Origin: an uncultured Candidatus Saccharimonas sp.
GTDB taxonomy: Bacteria > Patescibacteriota > Saccharimonadia > Saccharimonadales > Saccharimonadaceae
DNA length: 32,000 nucleotides
NCBI GenBank assembly: GCA_963528875.1
Contig: CAURWT010000001.1
Span: 210,001-242,000, forward strand
Direction of reading: 5' to 3'
Of this stretch, positions 24,278 to 31,557 are shown in pieces. Both the position numbers and the translations under genes were made by a program. A model generated the notes under the pieces. The model saw nothing but the letters and a program-made list of their open reading frames with translations. It was not told the origin of the DNA and searched no databases. Positions within the stretch are counted from its first letter, which is position 1; the number at the start of each line of letters is the position of its first letter.

Positions 24278-25378
24278 ATGCTAAAGATTATCGAAATTAC
24301 TGATAAAAAAGAATGGAATGATTTTATTAACGAGCACGGCGGTCACCCTTTGCAACTTTGGGGTTGGGGTGAGTTAAAATCGCAATCACCAAATTGGCAA
24401 GTTGTGCGAGTTTTTTTGAAAAATGGTGAAGAAAAATACATTGATCGCAAAAAAAATGACCACTCAGATATTGTGGCAGCGGCGCAAATTTTGGTGCGAA
24501 AATTGCCGTTTCCGCTTCGAAATTTTGCATATATTCCGCGCGGTGCTTTGGTGATTTCGAAAAAGCCAATCGAGCGAGCCCGCATTTCGCGTGAAATTGC
24601 TCTTTGGGTTTCGAAGAACATTAAACCAAAGCCAGTTTGTTTAACTATGGAACCAGATTGGAACAGCGGCGAATTTGACTTGCGTGACGGCTGGAGAAGT
24701 TCAAAAAACACAATTTTAATTCCACGAACTTTGATCCTTGATTTAACGCAAAATGAAGATGAATTACTCGCCAAAATGAGTAAAAAAACGCGACAATATA
24801 TTCGAAAAAGTGGTGGAGAAGTGCGAGTTCGGCAGCTGTTTTCGAAAGAAGAAATTGATCGTGCGTTGCAAATTTACACAGAAACTGCTAAAAGGGCAGG
24901 GTTCGCAATTCATTCGAAAGAGTATTATCACGAACTTTATAAAAAAATGGGTGAAAATTCACCAATTTTTGGAGCTTTTATTGAAAAAGAGCAGGGTAAA
25001 TCTATAGAAAAAAATAAAAATACTGAAGATTATATAGCAGAAAAACTTAAAAATCAAGAAATGGTGGCATTTTTGTGGTTTGCTCAAAGTGACGGCGTGG
25101 CATTTGAACTTTATGGTGGAGTAACTGAGGCGGGGCAAAAATCACGCGCAAATTACGTTTTGAAATGGATTGCGATTATTGAAATGAAAAATCGCGGAGT
25201 TAAGCGATATGACTTTAATGGCCTTTTGAACGATGGAATTTCAAGATTTAAAGCTGGTTTTGCAAATCATGAAGATTTATTGGTTGGTACACTAGATTTT
25301 CCGATTTCGAAAACATATTTCATCTGGAATTCATTTTTACCAACTGCTAAAAAAATTGTTCGAAAATTCAAAAAATAG
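24278..25378 (+). CDS. FemAB-family peptidoglycan interpeptide-bridge aminoacyltransferase
   Basis: The N-terminus HPLQLWGWGELK resembles the FLQSxEWGxxK signature of the FemX/FemA/FemB family. Length is ~366 aa. The track start at 24227 is a non-ATG codon upstream of the promoter. Confidence 0.7.
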   Translation: MLKIIEITDKKEWNDFINEHGGHPLQLWGWGELKSQSPNWQVVRVFLKNGEEKYIDRKKNDHSDIVAAAQILVRKLPFPLRNFAYIPRGALVISKKPIERARISREIALWVSKNIKPKPVCLTMEPDWNSGEFDLRDGWRSSKNTILIPRTLILDLTQNEDELLAKMSKKTRQYIRKSGGEVRVRQLFSKEEIDRALQIYTETAKRAGFAIHSKEYYHELYKKMGENSPIFGAFIEKEQGKSIEKNKNTEDYIAEKLKNQEMVAFLWFAQSDGVAFELYGGVTEAGQKSRANYVLKWIAIIEMKNRGVKRYDFNGLLNDGISRFKAGFANHEDLLVGTLDFPISKTYFIWNSFLPTAKKIVRKFKK

Positions 25379-25393
25379 GGAAGTGAGATTATA

Positions 25394-25428
25394 AAAATTC
25401 GCTCAAATCGGGCGAATTTTATTTTTTT
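25394..25428 (+). terminator. Rho-independent terminator
   Basis: AAAATTCGC (25394-25402) pairs with GCGAATTTT (25412-25420), followed by ATTTTTTT. Confidence 0.7.
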
Positions 25429-25461
25429 GAAAATGAAAAAGCCAATAGAGATTTTCGAAAA

Positions 25462-25490
25462 TTGACCAAACTTGTAAAAAGTAGTAAAAT
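25462..25490 (+). promoter_or_regulatory. tsaD promoter, leaderless geometry (TTGACC-17-TAAAAT-7 nt-ATG)
   Basis: -35 lies at 25462-25467 and -10 at 25485-25490. The ATG is at 25498. TTTTCGAAAA sits immediately upstream of the -35. Confidence 0.6.
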
Positions 25491-25497
25491 AGTAGTT

Positions 25498-26586
25498 ATG
25501 AAAATCTTAGGAATTGAAAGCACTTGTGATGAAACTGCGGCAGCTGTGGTGGAGTTTGATGCAAATAGAATTTCGCGTGAAAGCTCACCAAAGCTAAAAC
25601 TGCTTTCAAGCGTAGTTCATTCACAAATTGATATTCATGCGCAATTTGGCGGGGTAATTCCAGAGGTGGCGGCGCGTTCGCATATTGAATATGCTAACCC
25701 TGTTGTGCGAGAAGCGCTTTCGAAAGCGGGAATTTCCTTTAAAGATTTGGATGGAATCGCTGTTTCTTATGCACCTGGTTTGGTGGGTTCGTTGTTAGTT
25801 GGTACGCTTACGGCGCAAACCTACGCTAGAATTTTTAATAAACCATTTTACCCAATTCATCATGTTGAAGCTCATGTTTATGCGAATTTTCTAAACGAGG
25901 AGCCACCAAAATTTCCATTTTTAGCATTAGTGGTTTCAGGCGGTCATTCACAAATTGTATTATTTAAATCACACGGAAATTACCAAATTTTAGGAGAAAC
26001 ACAAGATGATGCAGTTGGCGAAGCTTTCGATAAAGTTTCAAAAATCCTTGGCTTACCGTATCCTGGCGGCCCTGCAATTTCAAAAGCAGCGTTAAGTGGT
26101 AATTCTTCAAAATATAAATTGCCAAAAGCTCGCTTAAAAGGGAAGTATGATTTCAGTTTTTCGGGATTAAAAACAGCAGTTTTGCGTGCAGTTCAAAAAG
26201 AAGTTGGTGTTGATTTTAACTTTCCATCTTTTGAGTTGGCAGCAAAATTAAATGAACAACAGAAAAATGATTTCGCTGCAAGTTTTCAAAAAATAGCTGT
26301 TGAAACTCTGGTTGATAAACTTGAAAAAGCCGTTGAAGATTTTTCGCCAACAACTGTTGTGATTGCGGGCGGTGTAGCAGCGAATTCAGCTTTAAGAGAG
26401 GAATTAATTAAGAGAGTTTTGAAAAAACTGCCAAACCCTGTAATTTTCACTCCGCCAGAACTTTGCACCGATAATGCCGCAATGGTGGCAACTTTAGGTG
26501 CTTTTCAGGCCGTACTGAGCGAATCGCAAAATCCGCTTGAGCTTGAAGTTAAACCATCGCTTTCGATGAGCGATTTAAAATGGTAA
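25498..26586 (+). CDS. tsaD: tRNA N6-adenosine threonylcarbamoyltransferase
   Basis: Kae1/TsaD motifs GIESTCDETAAAV, metal-binding HVEAHV, SGGHS, and GGVAANSALR. Confidence 0.92.
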   Translation: MKILGIESTCDETAAAVVEFDANRISRESSPKLKLLSSVVHSQIDIHAQFGGVIPEVAARSHIEYANPVVREALSKAGISFKDLDGIAVSYAPGLVGSLLVGTLTAQTYARIFNKPFYPIHHVEAHVYANFLNEEPPKFPFLALVVSGGHSQIVLFKSHGNYQILGETQDDAVGEAFDKVSKILGLPYPGGPAISKAALSGNSSKYKLPKARLKGKYDFSFSGLKTAVLRAVQKEVGVDFNFPSFELAAKLNEQQKNDFAASFQKIAVETLVDKLEKAVEDFSPTTVVIAGGVAANSALREELIKRVLKKLPNPVIFTPPELCTDNAAMVATLGAFQAVLSESQNPLELEVKPSLSMSDLKW

Positions 26587-26617
26587 ATAATTTTCAAAAA
26601 ATGTTAGAAATAAAATA

Positions 26618-26647
26618 ACCCGCAAATTTCTGCGGGTTTTGTTTTTT
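26618..26647 (+). terminator. Rho-independent terminator (usable in both directions)
   Basis: ACCCGCA-AATTTC-TGCGGGT is followed by TTTTGTTTTTT. Confidence 0.75.
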
Positions 26648-26657
26648 AATGACCTTT

Positions 26658-26996
26658 CTAAAGAAATACACGAATACCTTTGAATCTACGTTCGGTCGTA
26701 GTGACTGGTTTATTAGGGTCGACACCCTCATAACAACCCGTACCCATGTGGGTATCGATATAGGGAAATTTAGTTGCCGTATATGTGTCATAAGCCTTTT
26801 CGAAATTGATTCCTTCCTGGGTTAGAAAATAACGCACAAATTGGGTTTTGCAATCATTCTCATTGTCAAGGTAGATGAGCACGCTTGATCTACCATCCTT
26901 GGCGGCCTCGACAAGGATGCCTTCAACTTGCTTGGCAATATTTTCATAGGTTAAAGCAGCTTCTTTTTCTGCAGCTAGTCGTTCTTTTAGTGACAT
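26658..26996 (-). CDS. hypothetical protein (112 aa from MSLKERL...)
   Basis: ATG at 26996 lies 7 nt after GGAGG. A consensus promoter lies upstream. No domain recognised. Confidence 0.6.
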   Translation of the reverse strand: MSLKERLAAEKEAALTYENIAKQVEGILVEAAKDGRSSVLIYLDNENDCKTQFVRYFLTQEGINFEKAYDTYTATKFPYIDTHMGTGCYEGVDPNKPVTTTERRFKGIRVFL

Positions 26997-27045
26997 AACT
27001 AAGTCCTCCAAATGTTCTATTTTTACCAAAAGGTAAATCTTTTAA

Positions 27046-27075
27046 ATTATAGCATTTTTAAGTAGAATTGTCAAG
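27046..27075 (-). promoter_or_regulatory. consensus promoter TTGACA-18-TATAAT
   Basis: The reverse complement of 27070-27075 is TTGACA and of 27046-27051 is TATAAT. Confidence 0.6.
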
Positions 27076-27085
27076 TTTTTGAAAA

Positions 27086-27118
27086 AAGAAAAATAAAAAA
27101 CCGCCCAATTTTGAGCGA
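27086..27118 (-). terminator. rpsT terminator
   Basis: The minus strand reads CGCTCA-AAATT-GGGCG (one G-U pair) followed by GTTTTTTATTTTTCTT. Confidence 0.6.
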
Positions 27119-27138
27119 TTTTTGAAAAAAGTATCAAA

Positions 27139-27393
27139 TTAAGCAAGCTTTACGCCAGCTTTTTTTGCAGCAGCGGCAAGAGAAGCTTTTCGGCGAGCAG
27201 CTGTGTTTTTCTTGATAAGACCTTTTTTAACAGCTTTGTCTAATTCGCTTTGTGCTTTCGAAAGACTTTTTGCGCTTGGTTCAGCAACAAAAGCTTTAAC
27301 TGCGCCTTTGATATCTTTTTTAATTCCAACGTTGCGTTCGCGTCGTTTTGCGGTTTGTCGCATTCGCTTTACAGCAGATTTAATAATTGGCAT
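27139..27393 (-). CDS. rpsT: 30S ribosomal protein S20
   Basis: MPIIKSAVKRMRQTAKRRERN is a typical S20 N-terminus. SD GAAGGA lies upstream. Confidence 0.92.
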   Translation of the reverse strand: MPIIKSAVKRMRQTAKRRERNVGIKKDIKGAVKAFVAEPSAKSLSKAQSELDKAVKKGLIKKNTAARRKASLAAAAKKAGVKLA

Positions 27394-27480
27394 TTAATTC
27401 CTTCTTTTAGGTTGTTATTTACAATTCAACATCAATTATATATTATTTCGAAATAAAAAGCAAGTATTTCAAATAAACTG

Positions 27481-27509
27481 TTGACATTTCATTGCGATTA
27501 TGCTAATAT
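27481..27509 (+). promoter_or_regulatory. consensus promoter TTGACA-17-TAATAT
   Basis: -35 lies at 27481-27486 and -10 at 27504-27509. Confidence 0.6.
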
Positions 27510-27549
27510 AGAGCTATAAATTATAAAAATAAACAATAGGATTCAATAA

Positions 27550-29763
27550 ATGTCAAAAAATAATGCTCAAGAGCAGATTATCGCAAAATTGAAAGAATCA
27601 GAAAGCATTTTGATTGCGGTAAATGATAGCCCAAGCGTTGATGAACTTTCTTCAGCATTGGCTTTAACGCTCGCAATTAATAATTCTGGCAAGCATGCAA
27701 CGGCGGTTTCAAGCGGAAAAATGCCCGACGCGCTAGCTTTTTTGCGCCCAGAAAAAACTTTCGAAAATTCGGTAGATTCTTTGCGTGATTTTATTATTGC
27801 TTTAAATAAAGAGAAAGCTGATCATCTTCGTTATAAGCTTGTTGGTGATCATGTGAAAATTTTTATTACGCCATATCGCTCAATTATTTCTGAAAAAGAC
27901 CTCGAATTTGAACAGGGTGATTTTAACATTGATTTTGTGCTAGCTTTAAATGTTGAAAGCCAAGATCGCCTTGATGGGGCTTTAGCGGCGCACGGGCGAA
28001 TTTTTCACGATGCTTCAGTTGGAATTTTAACTGTTGGTGAAAACCAAACGAATCTTAACGGAACTCACTGGCATGCCGAAAACGCCAGTTCTTTGAGTGA
28101 AATTTCTGTTCAAATTATTGAATCCCTTGGAAAGAAAAATCTTACTCAACCAGTCGCAACTGCTCTTTTGACTGGAATTGTTGCTGAAACTGATCGCTTT
28201 TCGAATGCAAAAGCTACGGCTGAAGTTATGAGTCTTGCAGCAAAACTTATTTCATCTGGCGCTGACCAGCAACTTGTAGTTTCAAAAATCCGTGAAGCTG
28301 AAGAAAAAGCGGGCGAATTTGCTGTGCAAAAAAATGCTAAAATGGAAGAAGCTTTAGAAGAAATTTCGAACGAAAAAGAAAAATCGAGCGAAAAATCTTC
28401 TTCAAAGAAAGAGCAAAAGCGTAACGGTGCATTTGTGATTGCGCATGAAGAAGCTAAAAATGAAGCAGAAAAAGCTAATCTTGAAAATTCACAAAATCAA
28501 GCCGAAGACGAACTTGAAGAATCTTTAAATAAACTAAAAAATATTAATAAACCAGAAAATGCTTTTGCTAAACTTGAAGAAGTTGAAGCTCCTGAGCAAA
28601 ATCAAGAACTTGCGCAAGAAAATTCGAACGAAGATATTTTCGAAAATCCAAGCGAAAATCTTGAAAATACACAAGCTCAAAATGAAAATTTAGTTGAAGA
28701 AAATTCGGCACAAAATATATCAGAAAGCCAAGAAGATCTAGCTGAACAAAATATTTCAGTCCCAACTCCCGAAAACACTCAACCACAAACTTTCGAAACT
28801 ATCGAACCTCAAATTGCTCAACCAGAAGTTGCGCCAGTTTTCGAACAACAAAATCCAGCTGAAACTCCTGCCCCTTCAGAATTTAATCAGCCTGAAAATA
28901 CGCAAGGTTTGGTTGAAGCGCCAGTTCAAAATTATGCACCAGAAATCCCAACGCCAAGTGTGCCTTTCGAAAATCCAAATGCATTTATTGCGGAAACTCC
29001 AGTTCAGGAGCAAGTTTTTGAGCCAGCTCGCCAAGTTGATATTTCAGTCCCAACTCCCGAAAACACTCAACCACAAACTTTCGAAACTATCGAACCTCAA
29101 ATTGCTCAACCAGAAGTTGCGCCAGTTTTCGAACAACAAAATCCAGCTGAAACTCCTGCCCCTCAAGAGATTCAAACTCAAAATATTCAGCCAGTGCAAA
29201 ATCAGGGCGATGAATATTATCACCCAGCCGAAAATGCTCAAATTGCAAGTGGTTTGATGGGTGCTCAGCCTTATGAGCCAAGTGGAATTTCTCGTGGAGA
29301 AAACTCTGCAGCAACTTCAAATCCACAAAATAATGATTATGTTTTAAGCCATGGTAAAGTTCAAAATGCGGTTTATGAAGAATCGCAGGCGAATGAGAAT
29401 TTTATTCCTGAAACTCAGCCTTACGCTCAAGCTACACCAATCCAGCCACTTTCAAATTTTGAATCAAGTAATCCGATTTCGAATGAACAATATGCGCAGA
29501 CTTTGCCACAAAATAATTTTGAAAGTCAGCAAACTTACTCGACTGAAAATCCTGCACAAAATTCGAATGATTTTGCAATGCCAATGCCACCAGCTATGCC
29601 AGATTTTAGCTCGATGCCAATGCCGCCAGAAATTCCAGCTTTTGATTTTATTCCAAATCCAGCGGAGCAACCTGCAATGGGTGCTGAAAGTAGCAAAAAT
29701 AAAGTGATGACCGACCAAATTTACCCTAACGATCCTTCAGAATTCAGAATTCCAGGGATGTAA
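27550..29763 (+). CDS. DHH-fold (NrnA-like) domain protein with degenerate catalytic motifs, fused to a ~470-aa Q/P/E-rich low-complexity tail
   Basis: The first ~250 aa are colinear with NrnA-type DHH phosphoesterases, but DxD reads SPS, the motif II D reads N, DHH reads GEN, and GDTGRF reads AETDRF. No DHHA1 GGGH motif is present. The rest is low complexity with a 125-bp duplicated block. Confidence 0.75.
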   Translation: MSKNNAQEQIIAKLKESESILIAVNDSPSVDELSSALALTLAINNSGKHATAVSSGKMPDALAFLRPEKTFENSVDSLRDFIIALNKEKADHLRYKLVGDHVKIFITPYRSIISEKDLEFEQGDFNIDFVLALNVESQDRLDGALAAHGRIFHDASVGILTVGENQTNLNGTHWHAENASSLSEISVQIIESLGKKNLTQPVATALLTGIVAETDRFSNAKATAEVMSLAAKLISSGADQQLVVSKIREAEEKAGEFAVQKNAKMEEALEEISNEKEKSSEKSSSKKEQKRNGAFVIAHEEAKNEAEKANLENSQNQAEDELEESLNKLKNINKPENAFAKLEEVEAPEQNQELAQENSNEDIFENPSENLENTQAQNENLVEENSAQNISESQEDLAEQNISVPTPENTQPQTFETIEPQIAQPEVAPVFEQQNPAETPAPSEFNQPENTQGLVEAPVQNYAPEIPTPSVPFENPNAFIAETPVQEQVFEPARQVDISVPTPENTQPQTFETIEPQIAQPEVAPVFEQQNPAETPAPQEIQTQNIQPVQNQGDEYYHPAENAQIASGLMGAQPYEPSGISRGENSAATSNPQNNDYVLSHGKVQNAVYEESQANENFIPETQPYAQATPIQPLSNFESSNPISNEQYAQTLPQNNFESQQTYSTENPAQNSNDFAMPMPPAMPDFSSMPMPPEIPAFDFIPNPAEQPAMGAESSKNKVMTDQIYPNDPSEFRIPGM
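28751..28875 (+). repeat. 125-bp direct repeat, copy 1 (in-frame, inside CDS)
   Basis: It is identical base for base to 29039-29163 (checked by eye). It encodes ISVPTPENTQPQTFETIEPQIAQPEVAPVFEQQNPAETPAP. Confidence 0.9.
29039..29163 (+). repeat. 125-bp direct repeat, copy 2
   Basis: It is offset exactly 288 bp (96 codons) from copy 1. Confidence 0.9.
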
Positions 29764-29764
29764 A

Positions 29765-30445
29765 ATGGCATTTTTCGAAAACGATAGCGGGCGAATCTTA
29801 ATTGATAAGCCTGCCGGAATTACCAGCTTTGGTGTGGTCGCTAGAATACGCCGCGTTCTTAAAGATGAATTTGGTAAAAAAGTTAAAGTTGGCCACACTG
29901 GCACGCTCGATCCTTTTGCGACTGGGCTTTTAGTTTTACTTTATGGTAAGGAAACTAAAAATGCAATGAGCCTTACTAAGCTTGATAAAGTTTATGAGGC
30001 GGAATTTACACTTGGGCAAATTTCCAGTACGGGCGATCCTGAAGGCGAGATTTCTAAATGCGAGAATTTTGAAATCCCAACTTTTGAACAGATTGAAAAA
30101 GAAATTAAAACTAACTTTTTAGGCAAAATTGAACAAACTCCGCCAGCTTTTAGTGCAATAAAAATTGAGGGCAAGCGTGCCTATGATTTGGCGCGAAAAG
30201 GTGAGGATTTTGAAATTCCTAAACGCACGGTTGAAATTTTTGATTTCGAAATTTTAAGTTATGATTTTCCAAAATTAAAAGTTCGCACACATGTTTCAAG
30301 TGGAACTTACATTCGTTCGCTGGCAGAAGATTTGGGCAAAAATTTGGGTTGCGGTGCGTTTTGTTCGCAACTTCGGCGCACAAAAATTGCCGATTTTGAT
30401 ATTTCGAAAGCTAAAAAGCTTGAAGATTTTGGAATTTTAGATTAG
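29765..30445 (+). CDS. truB: tRNA pseudouridine(55) synthase, short form without PUA domain
   Basis: Catalytic motif GHTGTLDPFATGLL. The start lies 1 nt after the upstream stop (TAAAATG). Confidence 0.9.
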   Translation: MAFFENDSGRILIDKPAGITSFGVVARIRRVLKDEFGKKVKVGHTGTLDPFATGLLVLLYGKETKNAMSLTKLDKVYEAEFTLGQISSTGDPEGEISKCENFEIPTFEQIEKEIKTNFLGKIEQTPPAFSAIKIEGKRAYDLARKGEDFEIPKRTVEIFDFEILSYDFPKLKVRTHVSSGTYIRSLAEDLGKNLGCGAFCSQLRRTKIADFDISKAKKLEDFGILD

Positions 30446-30448
30446 TTT

Positions 30449-30477
30449 TTGCTTATACTGCCAAAAAATGATATAAT
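30449..30477 (+). promoter_or_regulatory. orn promoter, leaderless geometry (TTGCTT-17-TGaTATAAT-7 nt-ATG)
   Basis: -10 lies at 30472-30477 with an extended TG. The ATG is at 30485 and there is no SD. Confidence 0.55.
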
Positions 30478-30484
30478 TTAAATA

Positions 30485-31033
30485 ATGAAAAACGCAAAAA
30501 TTCTTTGGATTGATTTAGAAATGACCGGTCTTGAACCTGAAAAAGACCGAATTTTAGAAGTTGCGGCAATTGCGACAGATTGGGATTTTAATGAAATTGC
30601 CACTTTCGAAAGTGCAGTTAAGGTTGATGAGAAAATTCTCGAAATCCGAATGGTTGGTGATTTTTGGGATACTTTTAGCGAAACGCGTGATGCTTTAAAA
30701 TTGCAAAATTCTTGCGCTACAAAAAATTCACAAGAAGTTGAAGCGGATTTAATTAAATTTGTAGAAGAAAATTTTGCCGAAGAAATTTTGAAAGGCGAGA
30801 AAATTATTTTGGGTGGAAATTCAATTCACCAAGATCGCCGATTTATTCGTGAAGAATGGAAAAAACTTGAAAAAATGCTGCATTATCGAATGTTAGATGT
30901 TTCAGCGTGGAAAGTTGTGATGAGCGCTAAGTTTAAACGGGTGTTTGCTAAGCCTGAAAATCACCGCGCGCTGGATGATATTCGCGGTTCGATTGAAGAG
31001 TTGAAATTTTATTTAAAAAAGGTGAAAAAGTAA
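30485..31033 (+). CDS. orn: oligoribonuclease (DEDDh 3'-5' exonuclease)
   Basis: Motifs WIDLEMTGL, GNSIHQDRRFI, and H..LDDI. Length of 182 aa is typical of Orn. Confidence 0.88.
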   Translation: MKNAKILWIDLEMTGLEPEKDRILEVAAIATDWDFNEIATFESAVKVDEKILEIRMVGDFWDTFSETRDALKLQNSCATKNSQEVEADLIKFVEENFAEEILKGEKIILGGNSIHQDRRFIREEWKKLEKMLHYRMLDVSAWKVVMSAKFKRVFAKPENHRALDDIRGSIEELKFYLKKVKK

Positions 31034-31458
31034 TGGATCAAAGTGAAATTAAAGATTTTTTGCTGAATTTTTACGCAGCGGAAGTTCGAAAAGATGAAGA
31101 AAATAAACTTGAAATTTTTGAAGTTAATTTTGATAAATTAGAAAAAATTTGGCAAGAAAAAATGGCTGGCGAGCTTGGCGATTTTGAGCGTGAGACTGGT
31201 GAAAAGATTCTTTCGAAAATTGCAGAAAGTGAAGAGCCAAAAGCAATTTTTGCAATCATTCACGATGGTTCAAAACCTTTAAAAGTTGAAATGAAAACAG
31301 GCGTGCAGCTTGCTCGAATTTTGCGTGAAAAGGAGAGTGTAGTGCCTTCAAAGTTGATGAGCGAGCGTGAGTGGAATTTGATTATTGGCCAAGGACAAGT
31401 TTCGGCTGAAGAATTGCGAGATTTGTTTCGCTTGAGCTATCGCTTGGTTTGCGAGTAA
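31033..31458 (+). CDS. hypothetical protein (141 aa), translationally coupled to orn
   Basis: The ATG overlaps the orn stop (TAATG at 31031-31035). No domain recognised. Confidence 0.6.
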   Translation: MDQSEIKDFLLNFYAAEVRKDEENKLEIFEVNFDKLEKIWQEKMAGELGDFERETGEKILSKIAESEEPKAIFAIIHDGSKPLKVEMKTGVQLARILREKESVVPSKLMSEREWNLIIGQGQVSAEELRDLFRLSYRLVCE

Positions 31459-31557
31459 AATATATTTTGTAGTTTCTCTTTTAGATAGAAAATAACCTTG
31501 CAAAAGCGGGGTTTTTCTTTGCGAAAAAAACTTTTTTGTGATATAATCATAAGTAAT

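Noticed and set aside
28751-29163. Whether the 125-bp repeat pair could be a CRISPR array or the ends of a mobile element
   Set aside because: There are only two copies. They are direct, in frame, and inside a continuous ORF, with no cas, transposase or inverted termini. It is an intragenic duplication.
28568-29718. Alternative-frame ORFs in the low-complexity tail (28568..28786, 28814..29257, 29044..29241, 29087..29326, 29351..29707, 29464..29718)
   Set aside because: The repetitive Q/P/E coding sequence keeps several frames open by chance. The frame continuous with the DHH-like domain and coupled to truB is the real one.
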